64,000 nucleotides of DNA from Bispira polyomma. Its lineage: Eukaryota. The stretch spans positions 76,012,001 to 76,076,000 of the forward strand of contig OZ287748.1 in NCBI GenBank assembly GCA_965649765.1, read 5' to 3'. Shown here one piece after another: positions 1 to 13,555 of this stretch (position 1 is its first letter; every line of letters begins with the position of its first letter). Position numbers and translations under genes: made by a program. The notes below the pieces were generated by a model that was not told the origin of the DNA, ran no database searches, and saw only the letters and a list, made by a program, of their open reading frames with translations.

Positions 1-1691
1 CTGCCTTCTTTGAACTATTTCCGGTTTGAGCAGACGACCATTTTTTTCCAGGGTCAGTGTAAAAAACCAACAGAGATGTTTATTGAAATCACCAGGGTTA
101 TTGGATTCACCAAGGTTATGTACGGTTTTTTGTTATTATACCAAGTAACATTAGCAAAAAATGGGCAATTTAAAGTTACTAAGTGCTGGTCTTGTATACT
201 TTTTGGGGGTGGAAAATGATCTGTGATAATATATAAGAATACACAGACTAGTTTAAAATAGTTTAAAGGAGGCCAGCTAAATTAGCTAAGATAACTGATA
301 TTTAATATGTTGTGTAGGTACATTTCAGCCACTCAATAGAAAATATTTGTTCTATGTAATATTTTATACACATTTATATTATACTTTTCAGTCACTTAAA
401 TAGAAAATATCTGTTCTATGTAATATTTAAATCAAGCTGAAATATTTTGATCTAAACTGTGGAGACGGGTGTAAAATTGTTGTCCCAAACTATAATTTTC
501 TACAAACAATAATAATGGTTCCTGTTCAGATCATGTCCAATAAGATACCAAACTCTAAACTGTGATTCACTGACTAACTCTATGTATATGGGAACCATCA
601 CAGTAGTGTTACATACTAAATTCATATCTGGCTTTTGATCATCGTTGTAAGGTATAAAGGTTTGAAATATGAGTTTCTGTAAGCGATTATTTATAGTTTT
701 GACATTAAAAGAGAACTTGATTATAGATTAGAGAAGGATGGAAATTTGTTTTTGCCTTTATTTATAAAAATTCTATATATAAAAAATGAGAATTCAATGA
801 AAACTTTTTTTGTACATGAAAGGCCACATCTAGGTAAAATACCAGATGAACACGAATTTACATTTATCAATGTTTCATGGGGATTATAAATCAGTGTCAA
901 TAAAGCTATCAATATTGTCTGCAGCATGTGTTATTGCTGAGAAATCACTCTCCCATTGAATCTACCCCCAACAGAAGTACTTATCAGAGCCGACATGTGT
1001 GTACTCAGAAAACATCAAAACAAACACCAGTTACATTGGAAATAAACAATTTATTTGTCTTACAGTAAGGTACTAAAAATCAGGAATGATCAGGTATATT
1101 CTGTACATTTATGCATAACACTAGTGTAACAGTTATTAGAAATCTATTGGCGAAAATCTAGAACACTGACTGATTAAGTGTAATTATTGTAAATAATGTG
1201 TATTGTTATATGTAAAAGATATATTGCCAAGAATAATAGATACTAAATAAACAAAATTTGTTTGGTTATAGGGCATAAGACAAAACAATACATTGCCTAA
1301 GTTGAGTGAAACAAAAGTATGTAGCTATTGACTTTGTTTATTAAATAGGTGGTTTAGTACACTGCACTACATATAACAGTAAACCTTTGATTACACTAAA
1401 CACACATACGATGTCATAGACTATGAAATAGTCACCAAATGAACAGTTAACACACCCATACTATAATATCTAGAGTCTATGCATCTTATGTTTTGACTAT
1501 CTATCTGATAAACCATCTATATATATATAATATACAATGTCAATTTGACCTGTGCTCATATAGATACCAACATACAGACACGCTAATAGCAACACCATTG
1601 TCATAACCCTGTTTTGAAATATAGCAAAGCCAAGTCACTATTTGCAATTCGATTAACTCATTACTGTCCAATTTGAAATTTGCTTACACAT

Positions 1692-1920
1692 TATTACTTC
1701 CGCTCAGGAGGTAATGTTATTTATGCCTGGCTCAGTTGGTTTGTTTGTCACTAGGATTACACAGAAATACTACTGAACTGTTATGGTATGTGAGGGACGA
1801 GCATGGCAGGTAGAACCTGTCAAATGTTCGAGTGTATCCGAGTACACAGCATATTAAAGATTTGTTCACTTTTTTGGCACTGTGGCGAGGTATGCTGTCT
1901 CCTTAGTGCATTACAAGTTA
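1692..1920 (+). mobile_element. Non-autonomous Helentron-associated (HINE/DINE-like) element; related copies at ~53190-53513, 57997-58210, 59995-60150 (-), 61994-62125 (-) and 63770-63996
   Basis: 5' ttacttccgc.caggaggt.atgtt followed by (gttt)n; 3' ggcgaggtatgc..tagtgc..agtt. Other copies end in ctagt. Confidence 0.6.
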
Positions 1921-3380
1921 TTTCAACCACTATCATCTATTTTTCCTAGATAATTTACCAGACGTATATTTACTGTTTAGAACATGTTTTGGAGGGCACA
2001 ATAGCAATTTAGAACAGTCAGAGGTCAGAGCAATTAGCTTGACCGAGGGGTGACTGTCCTCTACTTTGAGAACGAGGGCTGTCCATTAGAATAGAACGGA
2101 TCATGCGGCCACTTCTAAGCCAATGGAATATTAAAATTCTCTGCTGGGGTATAATATATACATATAACGTTTTCCTTATTTTAACTACACCAAACATGCA
2201 TAGGTAAAGACTGGAAGTGTGCCTTGGATTAAAATCATGTAATTTTCCCCAATTTGTAGCCATTAAATGAATATGAAAAGGATATGTGAAAATAAAGGGG
2301 GGTCACTAATTTTCCAAATGAAAGGCACTAAAATAATCTCATAAACAAAAAAAACAAACAATTTTTACTTTCTTTAGGTTTAAGTAAGGTCGTTGGAGTG
2401 AAGATACCATAGCAGATAAGAACTTAAGTCCTTTCTTCTGAAATTCATTAGCATTTAAAGGACAGCTTAGTGTTTAGTGCTCCACCCGAAAGCTGTCCTT
2501 TCCACATCGCCACAGAACTACACACTCTTGGAATTTGTTTCTTCTTTCCAACTCAGTATGGGTCTTTCTCATGTCTACTTTTGCTCATGAAAAATTCTCA
2601 TTTTTTATATATAATGTTTTTTTTTCTGTTTTCTATTCCTCTGAACCCTATTCCCATTTTCATCATCATTCACCAAAGTGACACCTTAATCTATCTAGGA
2701 AGCTCTTTGGGGCTATGAAAAAAACACACCACTAATACATTTTTTAATCAAGCAATTTACAGACAAGTCAAGTAAGAGCCCTAAGACTTCATCACGCCAC
2801 CATGAGATTTTCATCTTCTTTACTTACAGAGATAGGTTTGGGGGGGGGGGGGGTGGAGGAAGGTGGGGGAGGGGGCTTATGGTCTCAGATTAATGGGACA
2901 TGCTATGTCAATTAATTTGGTTATTTTTTTCAAGGCGTCTAATCTTTAAGCCCTGAAACACACCTATTTTATTAAGTTGCTTCCTTGGCCAAATCAGTTG
3001 TACCAGTAAATTGAGGTAATGCACTTATCAATATTTATAGACCCTCCTCCCCTCTTTCCTTGGGGCCTCTTTCCTTGGGGGAAGGTAGTGTGTATATGTG
3101 TGTAAAGTAGGGCAAGGGGTGGATCTTGTAGATGTAGGTAACAAGGCGGTTTGTGTAAGCCCCCTGGAGTTTATTTAGCATCAATTATGCAGTAGTCTTT
3201 TTATCAACCAACCAATCTGGTGATGTTAACACTTGTTTTACTATGATCAGTAAGACTTAATATCTTATGTATAGTTAGCATTGATGTCTTGATTGTCCTC
3301 AGTTCCACGTCACCGGATTATTACAAAATCCTAGCATATAGTACTTTGTTTCAAGGATTAAATTCATTTACATTTTAACC

Positions 3381-3628
3381 TGGTGCCTCAGCGGTGTAGT
3401 GGCAACACACTCACCTGCCATGACTACAGATGTGGGTTTGAATATTGATGCGGCATATATGTAAGGATGTTGGCAGTAGACTTGCTGAAGGACGGCAGGT
3501 TTTTTTCAGAGCAAAATACCTTGACCACCTACCATGTATGCTGTGATTTCCTCCACTAATGAACTGTCTGCCGTGATATGATGCAATACGTTTTGATAGC
3601 AATGTTGAACCATAATTGAATTAAACAC
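3381..3628 (+). mobile_element. tRNA-derived SINE (Meta/MESC-like); related minus-strand copies at ~7395-7552 and ~8641-8840
   Basis: A/B-box-like head (gcggtgtagtggcaacacac..gggtttgaat), then tttcctccactaatgaactg..gatatgatgcaata..gttgaac, then an AT tail. Family assignment is from memory of these consensus motifs. Confidence 0.6.
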
Positions 3629-5234
3629 GCACTAATGGACAGTCTGTTTTTAGCTACACTTTGCACCTTAAGTGTGAATATAGTTCAACTATACAAACTA
3701 TTTAATAATCCACCAATGGCCAGTACAAATGGGAGCATAGTGCTATCCATGATTAAAACATTTAGAGAAAATTTAGATACTAATCCTTCAATTTCCTGGA
3801 CACAGTTGCATGCTGAGAGGTGAGTGATCAACTAACCATTGCTATCAGCTATCCGTCTGTTCAATCACATTAATTGACAGGTAGCTGAGTACATAGAAGA
3901 CTGGGTGACCATATAGTTCAAAAGCAATAACCTCTTACATTCACCTTTAGACTCAACCTCAAAGTCTGTCTGGCTACATTAAAATAAGGTCTAATATGAC
4001 CCTGTATTAACACGCATAAATTAAATGCTACACATAGAGAATACATGCAGACTATAGAACAACTATTGCACTGTCATGTAGAAGTTATATAAGGTTTGGA
4101 AAAAAAATTGAGGCTAGCATTAGTTGAAGTTTTTTTGTGGCCCTAAATGCCATGGTGAGGCGAGGAAGCGGTGATAATTAGTATACAAGGAGTTCCTTGT
4201 GGCTAGGATAAACTAAGGTACCTCTGAAGCAACCTAATTAACACAGCTGGCATTCCCCAACCAATTTGCTCATAAAGATTAGCCTAACGCCAAAGAATAC
4301 AAATATTAAAATGGATGTAAAAAATAATTTATTGCTCATGATATAAAATACATAGATCACACAATATTATGGGTAATATATTATGTTTGAAATGAAGAAG
4401 GCCCAAGTACTATTCCAAGGTCAAGAAGCTAGCACAGCAACCTTGTGGACGTTGTCATTCCCCAAGTCTATGTCTCCAGTTCAGGTGACAGTTTCTAATG
4501 CGGATTGGTTGTTCCTGTGCATTTCACTAGTGGTTGTTCCTGTCCATTTCACTAGCAAAAATTCATTTCAAATATAGTTCAAAGTTTCTCATATGATGCA
4601 CATATGTAAGGGAATGACTGTTTCTTCCCAAGTTTCTCCCTAAAATACATATTTTTTCTTTGGTCACATGGACCTTCTTTTTTGAATCAATCAATCAAAA
4701 TTGGGTTAAAAAGGTTTATCCTATCCGGATGAGTATTGTTTCACCCAGGTTACAAACTCCTTATCTGTCTAAATGATATTGTAGTTATTAGCTTATATCT
4801 TTTTGAATTTTTAATTGCCTTATAATGTGCTAGTGTGGAGATTTGAATTAGTTCAATGATAACAAACGCTTCTGGTGCGTAATGTAAAGATGTATTTTGA
4901 TACCCTAACAAAAATGCCTAAATGTTCCTTTCGACATGAAGGCACTCTGAGGTCAAGGCCAAATTTGCCTCAGAGGTTCTCCACTTACAAGCCATCTCTG
5001 ACAAACTTGGACTAATTGATGGTCTCTTCTATACAGAAGAGATGAAATACAAGCTTCAGTACAGGGATCACAGAGTCCCACTGTATGAAACACTGTAACA
5101 GTAATACATCAAGTAAGGTAAATATGAGAGGAACCAAGGGATCAAGTTCAATATTAAACAATGTGTTCCTTGCAGATGTCGTGTTTTAGCTTCCTGTAAA
5201 CTGCTTCCGTTTTATTAGGCTCAGCCTGTTTTCA

Positions 5235-6812
5235 TTTTGAAAAGGGTGTCACCATTGAAAAGGGCACCGGCATCTTAGAAATAATATGTAAGGCCTTCAT
5301 GGATTGGTAGGAAGCAATCAACCAGTAAAAACTAAGGGGTATCAGATTGGCATATAGTGTATATTATATCTCACACTGTGCACCAGTGTCTGTTTAAAAA
5401 GACAATATTGTTTCTGTAAAAAGAGAACTTTAATAGGATAAAAATATTTTCTAGTGAATGTTGGATTTTTCTCCAGACAAACAGGTTTTAGAAAAAGCAA
5501 ACTTATTTGTAGCACCTACCTGCCTTTAAATTTTGTCTTCAGCACAAATAGTTTCTTGCTCTCTCTCATAAATAGTATCAACAATTTCCTGTTTCTTGAA
5601 ATGCCTTAATTTTCTTAGGTATATCAGTGCTCTAATGGGAACGTTGACATTGTATTATACTCAACATATATATATAGGTTATTACATTTATAACACAAAT
5701 ATCATCACGAGTGACGTATAAGTCACAAGCGAGCAAAATGAACTTTCCTGATCTGAACAGAGTTTCGCCACACTGCAGCATGACTCGTATTCACATATAC
5801 TAAGATTGTAAAGCATTCCGTGAATGTTAAAATTATATTGAAAGGCAAAATATTTTATGCATATGTAGCTCTGCATTTTGTGAAGTTAATGGCCTAGTCA
5901 CACCTACACGTGCTAACATTCCCCAACGTAGCAAAGCCATATAACCTGAAAACGTGGTAGTTTCGTGTCAAAGTAACATCATTTTCATAAAGGGGGAGTC
6001 GATTGTGACGTTTTTGTGATGTACAGCTACTGTATGCTACTTATGACTGCATTCTGCTGCATTTTGCTACCTAGTGAAACGTTTTACGACGAATATAGAT
6101 GAGTGGACACAATCTCACTACTTACTGCTATGTTATGCTACGTTGTGCTACCTTTACAGATGAGTGGAGACCTGCTAAAGAAAAGGGGAGCTCTGCCACG
6201 ATTATTTCAAACAGTTCGAAGTAATCATGGCAGCGGACCAAATGGAGACGTTTCCAGAACAATATAATCCATTAAGCAATGTCACGGAATGAACTCACCA
6301 GGCATCCTCACTTTGACATTACCTTCTACTATGTATCAAAACCGTTAAAATGTCACACACACGTAGCTCCAGCACGTCTCAGGTGTGACCTGGCTTTTAC
6401 TGATACTCATTTACTGATAGCAGTAAAATATCATACATTTTACATGTGACATCTATAAAATATTCAAACTTTGGTAACAATAATTAGGTGAACATTCCAG
6501 TGAATATGTACAAATACTCCTCTATCATATGTAACTACGTGTTATATTTATCTACCTCTTGGTATTGGTTGCTATCTGTCTCATTAAGTGCTATATTGTT
6601 GTCACTCTGAAACGGGTGCGGTCATGTTGGAAAGTGCCACCATGTTGGAAATAATATGTAAGGCCTTCGTGGATTGGTTGGAAGAAATTTACCCAGCAAA
6701 ACTAAGGGGTGTCTGCCAAATGTTATCAGGGGCTACCGTATATTGCTGCCATGTTAGAGAAAATATGTAAGGCCTTTATGGACTAGTTGGATGTAATCGA
6801 CCTGGCCAAACT
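5235..6812 (+). repeat. Short dispersed repeat (5235-5342, 6606-6712, 6747-6812)
   Basis: Shared gaaataatatgtaaggccttc.tggattggt.ggaag..aaaactaaggggt. Confidence 0.8.
5891..6395. mobile_element. MITE, PIF/Harbinger-like
   Basis: Imperfect TIRs ggcctagtcacacctacacgtgct and agcacgtctcaggtgtgacctggc. Non-coding, CpG-richer interior. Confidence 0.7.
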
Positions 6813-7584
6813 GACATATGTCAGAATAATATTTCTGACATTGTTCGCCTGTGTCTTTTTTGAAGGACAATTCTTGTTTGTTCTATATCTTGTAATATCA
6901 TTGTTAAATGTCGTATCAAAAGGGAGAACAAAGTATAGAAAGCATAGTGTCCTCATAGGACTGTTAAATTTAGGCTTTGTGCAATAAAAGTGGCTTCAAT
7001 CCCTTTTGAAAAAAACAACTGAAATATATGTACTGGATCAAATATAAAAAAGGACTTATAAAATGATTGTGCCGAGTGAAAACATGACTTGCATGGGTTC
7101 TATATTCACTCTTGGGAGTATCGGTGGATGTTTGGGGGTTTCGATTACTCATGCGGGAGTTATATATGGATGATATAATGTCACGAAACTAAACAAGTTG
7201 GGCCAACTGTAATGTTTTATATAAGTGATGAGATGTAGTTGATAGATGATTTTTATTGCATTGGATGCCATTGTGAGGCTTTTAAATGGTGGAGTTTGTT
7301 TTTTTGAAAACCTTGCGGGACTTGGAAATGATTCTCCAAAGAGCATTCGGAAATGACTGCTGTCCATTTAGATCAAATTATGATACGTTCTGATTTAGTT
7401 TGGGTTTTTAGCTTCAGTGTAGACAACTATGCAGTATGTCATGACAGATAGTTCAGTGGTGCACAAAACCAGAACAGGGTAGTTAATCAAGATTTCTGAA
7501 TAGCAAACCACCGACTTTCTATGAGTCTATGGCCAACTGTCACAAATGAATAAACTTATAACCTATCTCTTCAAGCTTGCTCGC

Positions 7585-7660
7585 ATTGGCCAATTAATTC
7601 TGTTGTTGCACTTTAGAGGATACCTCGCAACAATGAGGCTCATCAAAATACAATGCACAC
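7585..7660 (+). mobile_element. Isolated LINE 3' tail; others at ~20328-20410, 53368-53450, 61283-61371 and 13640-13900 (-)
   Basis: Same motif as the LINE end at 39840-39910: attctg.tgttgc.ctttag..gat.cct.gca.caat..(caata)n. Confidence 0.7.
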
Positions 7661-7909
7661 AATATGCATGCTTCATATTTAAGACCTGACTAATTTACAA
7701 ATGTTAGAAAAATGGGCAGAGAAAACACTGTGTAACATGAGAAGTAACACCTAAGTTTCCGACAATGTCTGCATGAGTTGACTGGTTGTCCATAAGAAAC
7801 CCCATTGTCAGCTCAGTTACCTATAAGTATAAATGCGGTGTGGTCCGGTCAGAATTAGTTTGAGCTTGTTTTAAAACACCCAGGACTAAAATGTAAGAGA
7901 AGTAGTTGG

Positions 7910-8223
7910 TCCCCACATGGTCCCCTGTGATCAAAAGGTCCCTGATTCCATTCCCGGTACCGACCGCTAGTTTTGTTTAGTGGGAAAAATATGTGAACAC
8001 AAGTTTGCCTGCTGGATCGGATGACCACCTAAAAAATGGTGGTCCTCTGTCACTGAATAATATCTCCAGTGGCATATTAAAGATCCTTGGGGATGTTGAT
8101 AAATGATCATCCTCAAGCACCTCGGCGCCCATAGTGGCTGCCCATGAGGCAGCGCATTTGAAACGACCCTGTGTTGCACAAGTGCACTATAACAAATGTC
8201 TTATTTCATTCCATTTCATTTCC
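7910..8223 (+). mobile_element. SINE-like element with (tttca/ttcca)n tail; related core on the minus strand at ~20040-20228
   Basis: B-box-like head, core gcatattaaagatcctt, simple-repeat tail. Confidence 0.5.
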
Positions 8224-9394
8224 AAACTTGTCAGGAGCTCTACCTCACTGCCATACATAATAAACACAAGTATATATATGCTTTATTATTTTACTGTATT
8301 TTAGTATATAATTTATAACCGAAAGTCTGCCATCCATATGAAAGAGTAGAAGGGCCGAGTAAAAATTTGATTTGTTGACATATTATTTAAATAACGCGAG
8401 ATAAATATTATAATTTATCGATGTGTATGTCAATAAATTAGGTTACAGAGTCAATAAAGTATGATAATATTGAGATACCATCAACATAATAAGTCGCCAA
8501 ACAAGCATTTTTGTTCACTTGGGCCGTCTACTCTTCCGCACTTCCTGTCCTCTCTCTGCCAATGTAACTTAATTATGTTATATAAATGGACTTTATTGCA
8601 CTATATAAATGACCAAATTTTAAAAGTTCTTCCAAATTTCAGTTTAGATGGGTTTTACAACGCTCTCAACAGCTCAGGTCATATTACAACAGCGAGATAT
8701 TAAATGATGGAAGAAACCATTACTGAAACACTGTAAACCACCGGCCTACCTCAAGTTTCTCACATGAAAGAACAAATGGTATTTGGTGAAAAGTCAGTGA
8801 TTATGGAGCATATACTTCAAACTACCACCAGGCCACCACTGTCCTTCCCAAGTTACTTCAACATTCAGTGACGACTAACGGTCTTATTCTCTTTGTTGAC
8901 TTTAAAGATAACTTTTGTTGGGGGGGGGGGGGGGGGGGGGGTAACGTTGCTTGTGGGGTTGGCATTAAACTGTTTTATGTGTGCTGTTAGTTCCTAATGG
9001 ACCAGTGGAAATGGGAAAATGTGTAACAGATAATCTCAATTAGTACATGAAAGAAAAATGTTTAAAAAGGGCCCTGATATTATTGGCAGATTTAATGAAA
9101 CTCTGTGAAGAGTCACGCAATGGCCAATAATTTAATTTACTTGAAAGTAGGCTTAAGTGCAGAGTGACCTTGTAATACCTCCACGCACAGATATCTATTT
9201 CCGCTTGAGCCGAGAGGGGGATATGAATTATTATTTGTAGTGACTCCATTCTCTACTTCTATCCAGAGAAATGTTATAATAATGGGATGAACATATAGCT
9301 TGTCACAGTGTAGGGGGTAAAAGTACATAGGGGTAAAGTGATATTGGTGCCGAGAAAATAATCAATATGTGTAAAATCTGTACCTAACAGTAAA

Positions 9395-9560
9395 AACTTT
9401 ATTCTATGTACTTGCAATATATATAATTTTTAGTGTTAAAACCTTAATATATGGACTTGTAATATTTTTATTTTTAGTGTTAAAACCTTAATATATGAAC
9501 TTGTAATATTATATGTAGTTTAAGGGTAAAAATGAATTATGTGTACTTGTAATATATAAT
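9395..9560. repeat. ~45-bp AT-rich tandem repeat (3-4 copies)
   Basis: Repeated cttgtaatat..tttttagtgttaaaaccttaatatatg. Confidence 0.8.
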
Positions 9561-11657
9561 TAAACGGCCACATTTAAATTATTACCAGAATTTTACATGA
9601 ATAACAAAATAGAGAATATCGCAGTTAAAGATAGAATCTATCCATTTTTGCATAACTTAGAAGAAATGTCCTGTCCAAAAAATGTTTGACACCTATATGA
9701 CATAATTGCTGTTTAAAACCCTGAAGTCTTAAAATTATACCAAATATTCCCACGAAGACGTCCATAGTTAGGCTACATAAATTAAATAGAATAAACAATA
9801 TATGGTTCTGCTACTGGTTCATGCAGATTCCTGCAAACCCCCCCCCCCCCCCCCCCCCGCCTTGTTCACTCGGGTATTATTGGCCCTGCTGCACACAAGC
9901 TTCACCCAGTTCCAATGTATTGCCCTGCTGTTCAAAGCCCTAAACGCCAATGCTATGGCCCCAATCTTGTTGTTTATCATTAACTGGAGGAGGTGTAGGT
10001 ACTGTGTAGAGCTGCTGACAGCTTATTGATTAGCTGACCGATGATGACAATGGTGAGATACAAACCGAAGCCACAGCGGTCATCATCTACTTATGGCTCA
10101 ATACCTTTGTACAGATTGGATGAATCCAGGGTTCAAGTGTGCTTTGCTATTTGCATCACAATCTCTGGCGAAAAAACCCAACTTAAACCCCACAGGAAAC
10201 TTGTTTTTTAGGCTAACTCTAAAAGACTACCTTATAGGATTCTTGCTTTTATGAATCAACTGATACCACCAATGGTACATTTGACTATTTAAAAGATGAA
10301 ACTGGTAAATTTAACTCAGTTTTGTTGTTTTTATTTGAGTCTCAAATTGATCCTGAAAATACGAAGAACGGAAACACAGGCAAATACTTAAAGTAGCCAA
10401 TCAAGCTATGTGTGAAAGAAATAGTCAGGATATATCTTACCAGAGCACTGGAAAATGGGTATTTAAGTAAAAGCCTTTGCTCATTTAGATTGGTGAGGGT
10501 TGCTTCATTCTTGTATAATATATGGTCCTACAGTGACAACTGTTTAATCTTATTCTATTAATCCTAAGTTTCAGCAGCTATATACACCTTAAACAACAAA
10601 ACAGTTAATAACTACAATGCTATTCGAATGGTGCCAAGGGACAACTATTTACACCTAAAACTCATTGCTGTGACATTAGCTTTTGGGGGGAGTTTTTTTA
10701 TCCTCCATTTGGCTGGTGATTTCCGTTGGGGAATATGGGTAAGTGTCTATTTATGGTTGTCAGGATTCTCAATTTGAGGTACTCCTCTCAGCTGAAGTGA
10801 GCTCTGCTGGTAGAGGTTTTCGTGGGTTGGTGTTGGGGAGGTGTAGAGCAGGTTAGGTGGTATAATATAATTAATATATTATACATGTAATTTTCTGTTA
10901 CTGCAAGAAAATAAGATAATATTTACATGCTTCATACATAATAAATAATTTAATAACATGATCCCAGCCGTTGTTTTAGATTGTGCGGATGTGTACATTA
11001 GCACGTAGGTACTAGGGATTTTATACACAAGATTGTTTCGCTGTTTACTTAAAATTGGGGCCTCCCACTTGTGGGATCTGCGAATGAGATGCCCTCGCAT
11101 TTGCTGTGAGAACGTGGTGCTAAGCCAGTTGCTATAATCACCCTTTGATCAAGTTTAAAGGTGTTGCAAAATCACAGAATTTACCGTTTTGGCCAAAAAT
11201 ATGTATGGTGGCATCGCCCAAAACATGAGGATGATTGTGGAAATTTATAAACTAATTATAGTTTAGTTTAAAATTAAATATCTGCAAAGAATCGCTTACA
11301 GCATGGTCACTATATAGCAAAAAGAACGAATTGTCATTGCCTTTAGGTTGACTTGAGAATGCATGGTGATCACTAAAAACAAGCCCGATCAGTGGCAATT
11401 TCTAGATTACATAGTTTGCATGGGAATCGGTAGTTTATGTCGTGAAAGGCGACCTAGGTATCTCTCCGCATTATTGATGCATTACTGGAAGAGTTAAAAT
11501 TAAATATATATTCCTATATGGGCATCAATTGGTACCCCAAGCATTTACCGGTCTGCTATTACAAAATGCAAAAAAAAAATAGAGACTTATTTAAATGTCA
11601 GAGGCTATAGAAAAAAAATATATTTGTACAGCAAAAATTTTACAGCAAAAAATAAAT

Positions 11658-13555
11658 GTGGAAAGAGAAACAAAAATCACTTTGATGGGGGAGTAAAACA
11701 GTTAATTGAACACTACGTGGCCTTTTTCATGTATATAGAGGGCTCTGGATGAAAAAAACAGGCTCATAATATCATATTTTTTACTCATTTCAAAGTAATA
11801 CTAAACTTAACATCTGATTCTCTATACCTCTGGCTAGACTAAACATATATGGAAATCTGACTGCATAGTTGAATTCAGTGTTTAAAACTCTATTAAAATA
11901 AATGGTCAGAAGTATAGGTTATTTTCATGTACAATGACTTTCTCATAGTCTATATTTGAGTTGAGTATGAGTTTTTAAGCATAAGTTGACATTTCGAGAA
12001 TACCCATCCTGGTGGATAATTTTTGTAAAAAAGTAATCTAGGTAGGGTGTGTGCTTTATTAAGAAGATGTGTGTATGTGTGTGCGTGTTTGTGTGGCACA
12101 GAGATGACACAGCCAGGGCTAAAAGCATAGAGGGTTTTTTACACGGGTGCTGGGGGGAAGTGTATAGAAAAGTGACAGAGAAGGATTGATTTCAAGGGTT
12201 TTAATTAAGAAATGGTAAAGCTTTGTAGCTGTGGAACCAGCTTTTTTCGTGGGAATTTGGAGACAATGTAGAGAGTTAATGACATTTATATTACTTGGTG
12301 GAGTATTGAGTGATAGCAAAGCTAGATGTGATATTAAAGAGACAAATATAGCTGCTTAAGGTTAAATTATATGGATATATAGATATACGAGGACAAAGAA
12401 TGTATAAAGAGTTTGTATAATTATATATGTGATTTAGAGTTGGGAAATAAAGTCTTATAAACATGGATTACCCGTTACATAAATAAATGCTGTTATATAA
12501 TTATGTTTCGAATTTGTTATTGTGTTGCATGCTAAATGCTGGAAGAAACAACAATCAATACATTTGCAAGATGGACATTTCAGAATATTAGTTTGTAGTG
12601 GTTGTATTTTAGTTTGTATGTTAAAACAGTGTTGATGGTATCTTAAACATTGAGAAAAAAAGACAGTTCAATATAAAGTTTGCAGACAAACTGGTATTGC
12701 AAAATGTATTGTATATTACAATTCCTAAAGCAATGGCTTTTTGTGTAGTCTAATATTTTAGCAAAATCAATGCATACCGTCCCAAAATAAATAGGCTAAG
12801 GATGCTACTGTTGTGCTGTACTAACTGAAATATGCATTGTGGAAAAGAGAAACAAAAATCACTTTGATGGAGGAGTAAAAATAGTTAATTGAACACTACA
12901 TGGCCTTTTTCATGAATATAATGGACTCTAAATGAAAAAGGGCTCATATTATGGTATTCTATACTTCGCTCAAACCAATGCCGTGGTCACGTTTTGGCTT
13001 ACGTTTTGATCACGCACAAAAAACTGGCTAAAAATAGCACACGTAAGATGAAACGTAAGCATTTGCATAGTGAAGTCAGTGTGCTTAAGTAAATGTAAGC
13101 ATGCGTGAGTAAGATGGTCCCTTAATGTCATAATTTCGTGCTACACGTATATAATGTGTATATGACTTAAAGGACGGCAGTAAGACATACTATACATCCA
13201 AAAATTATTTAAAACTAGGAGAACGCGATCGAAACGTGTTTAGAAACGTGGCTAACGTATTTTAAGACGTGGCTAATGGTACAAACATAATTGAAACAGT
13301 TATAAAAATATATATCAAATGCGTTTACAAACGTGTACAAAACGGCCCATACTTGGATTTTTGTTGCGTTTTCCTGAATTCTGCGCTATTTATTTCCATC
13401 AGCTTACGTTTAAAACGAATCAAACGTAAACACAAACATGCTCAGTGTGACCACGATATAATACTCAACTCAACATTTGATTGGAAGAGTAAAAATAGTT
13501 AGTTGAAAACTATGTAACTGTTTTTATGTATATAGAGGTCTCTGAATGAAAAAAA
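11658..13555 (+). repeat. Three dispersed copies of a ~120-bp repeat (11658-11780, 12838-12955, 13477-13555)
   Basis: Shared tttgatgg.ggagtaaaa..agttaattgaacactac.tggcctttttcatg. Confidence 0.8.
12979..13457. mobile_element. MITE, PIF/Harbinger-like
   Basis: TIRs cgtggtcac and gtgaccacg. Interior rich in aacgt/acgtt motifs. Confidence 0.65.

Noticed and set aside
8918-8941. Long G/C homopolymers (also ~2839, 9838, 54052) as G-quadruplex regulators
   Set aside because: Simple mononucleotide runs of uncertain length with no supporting context.
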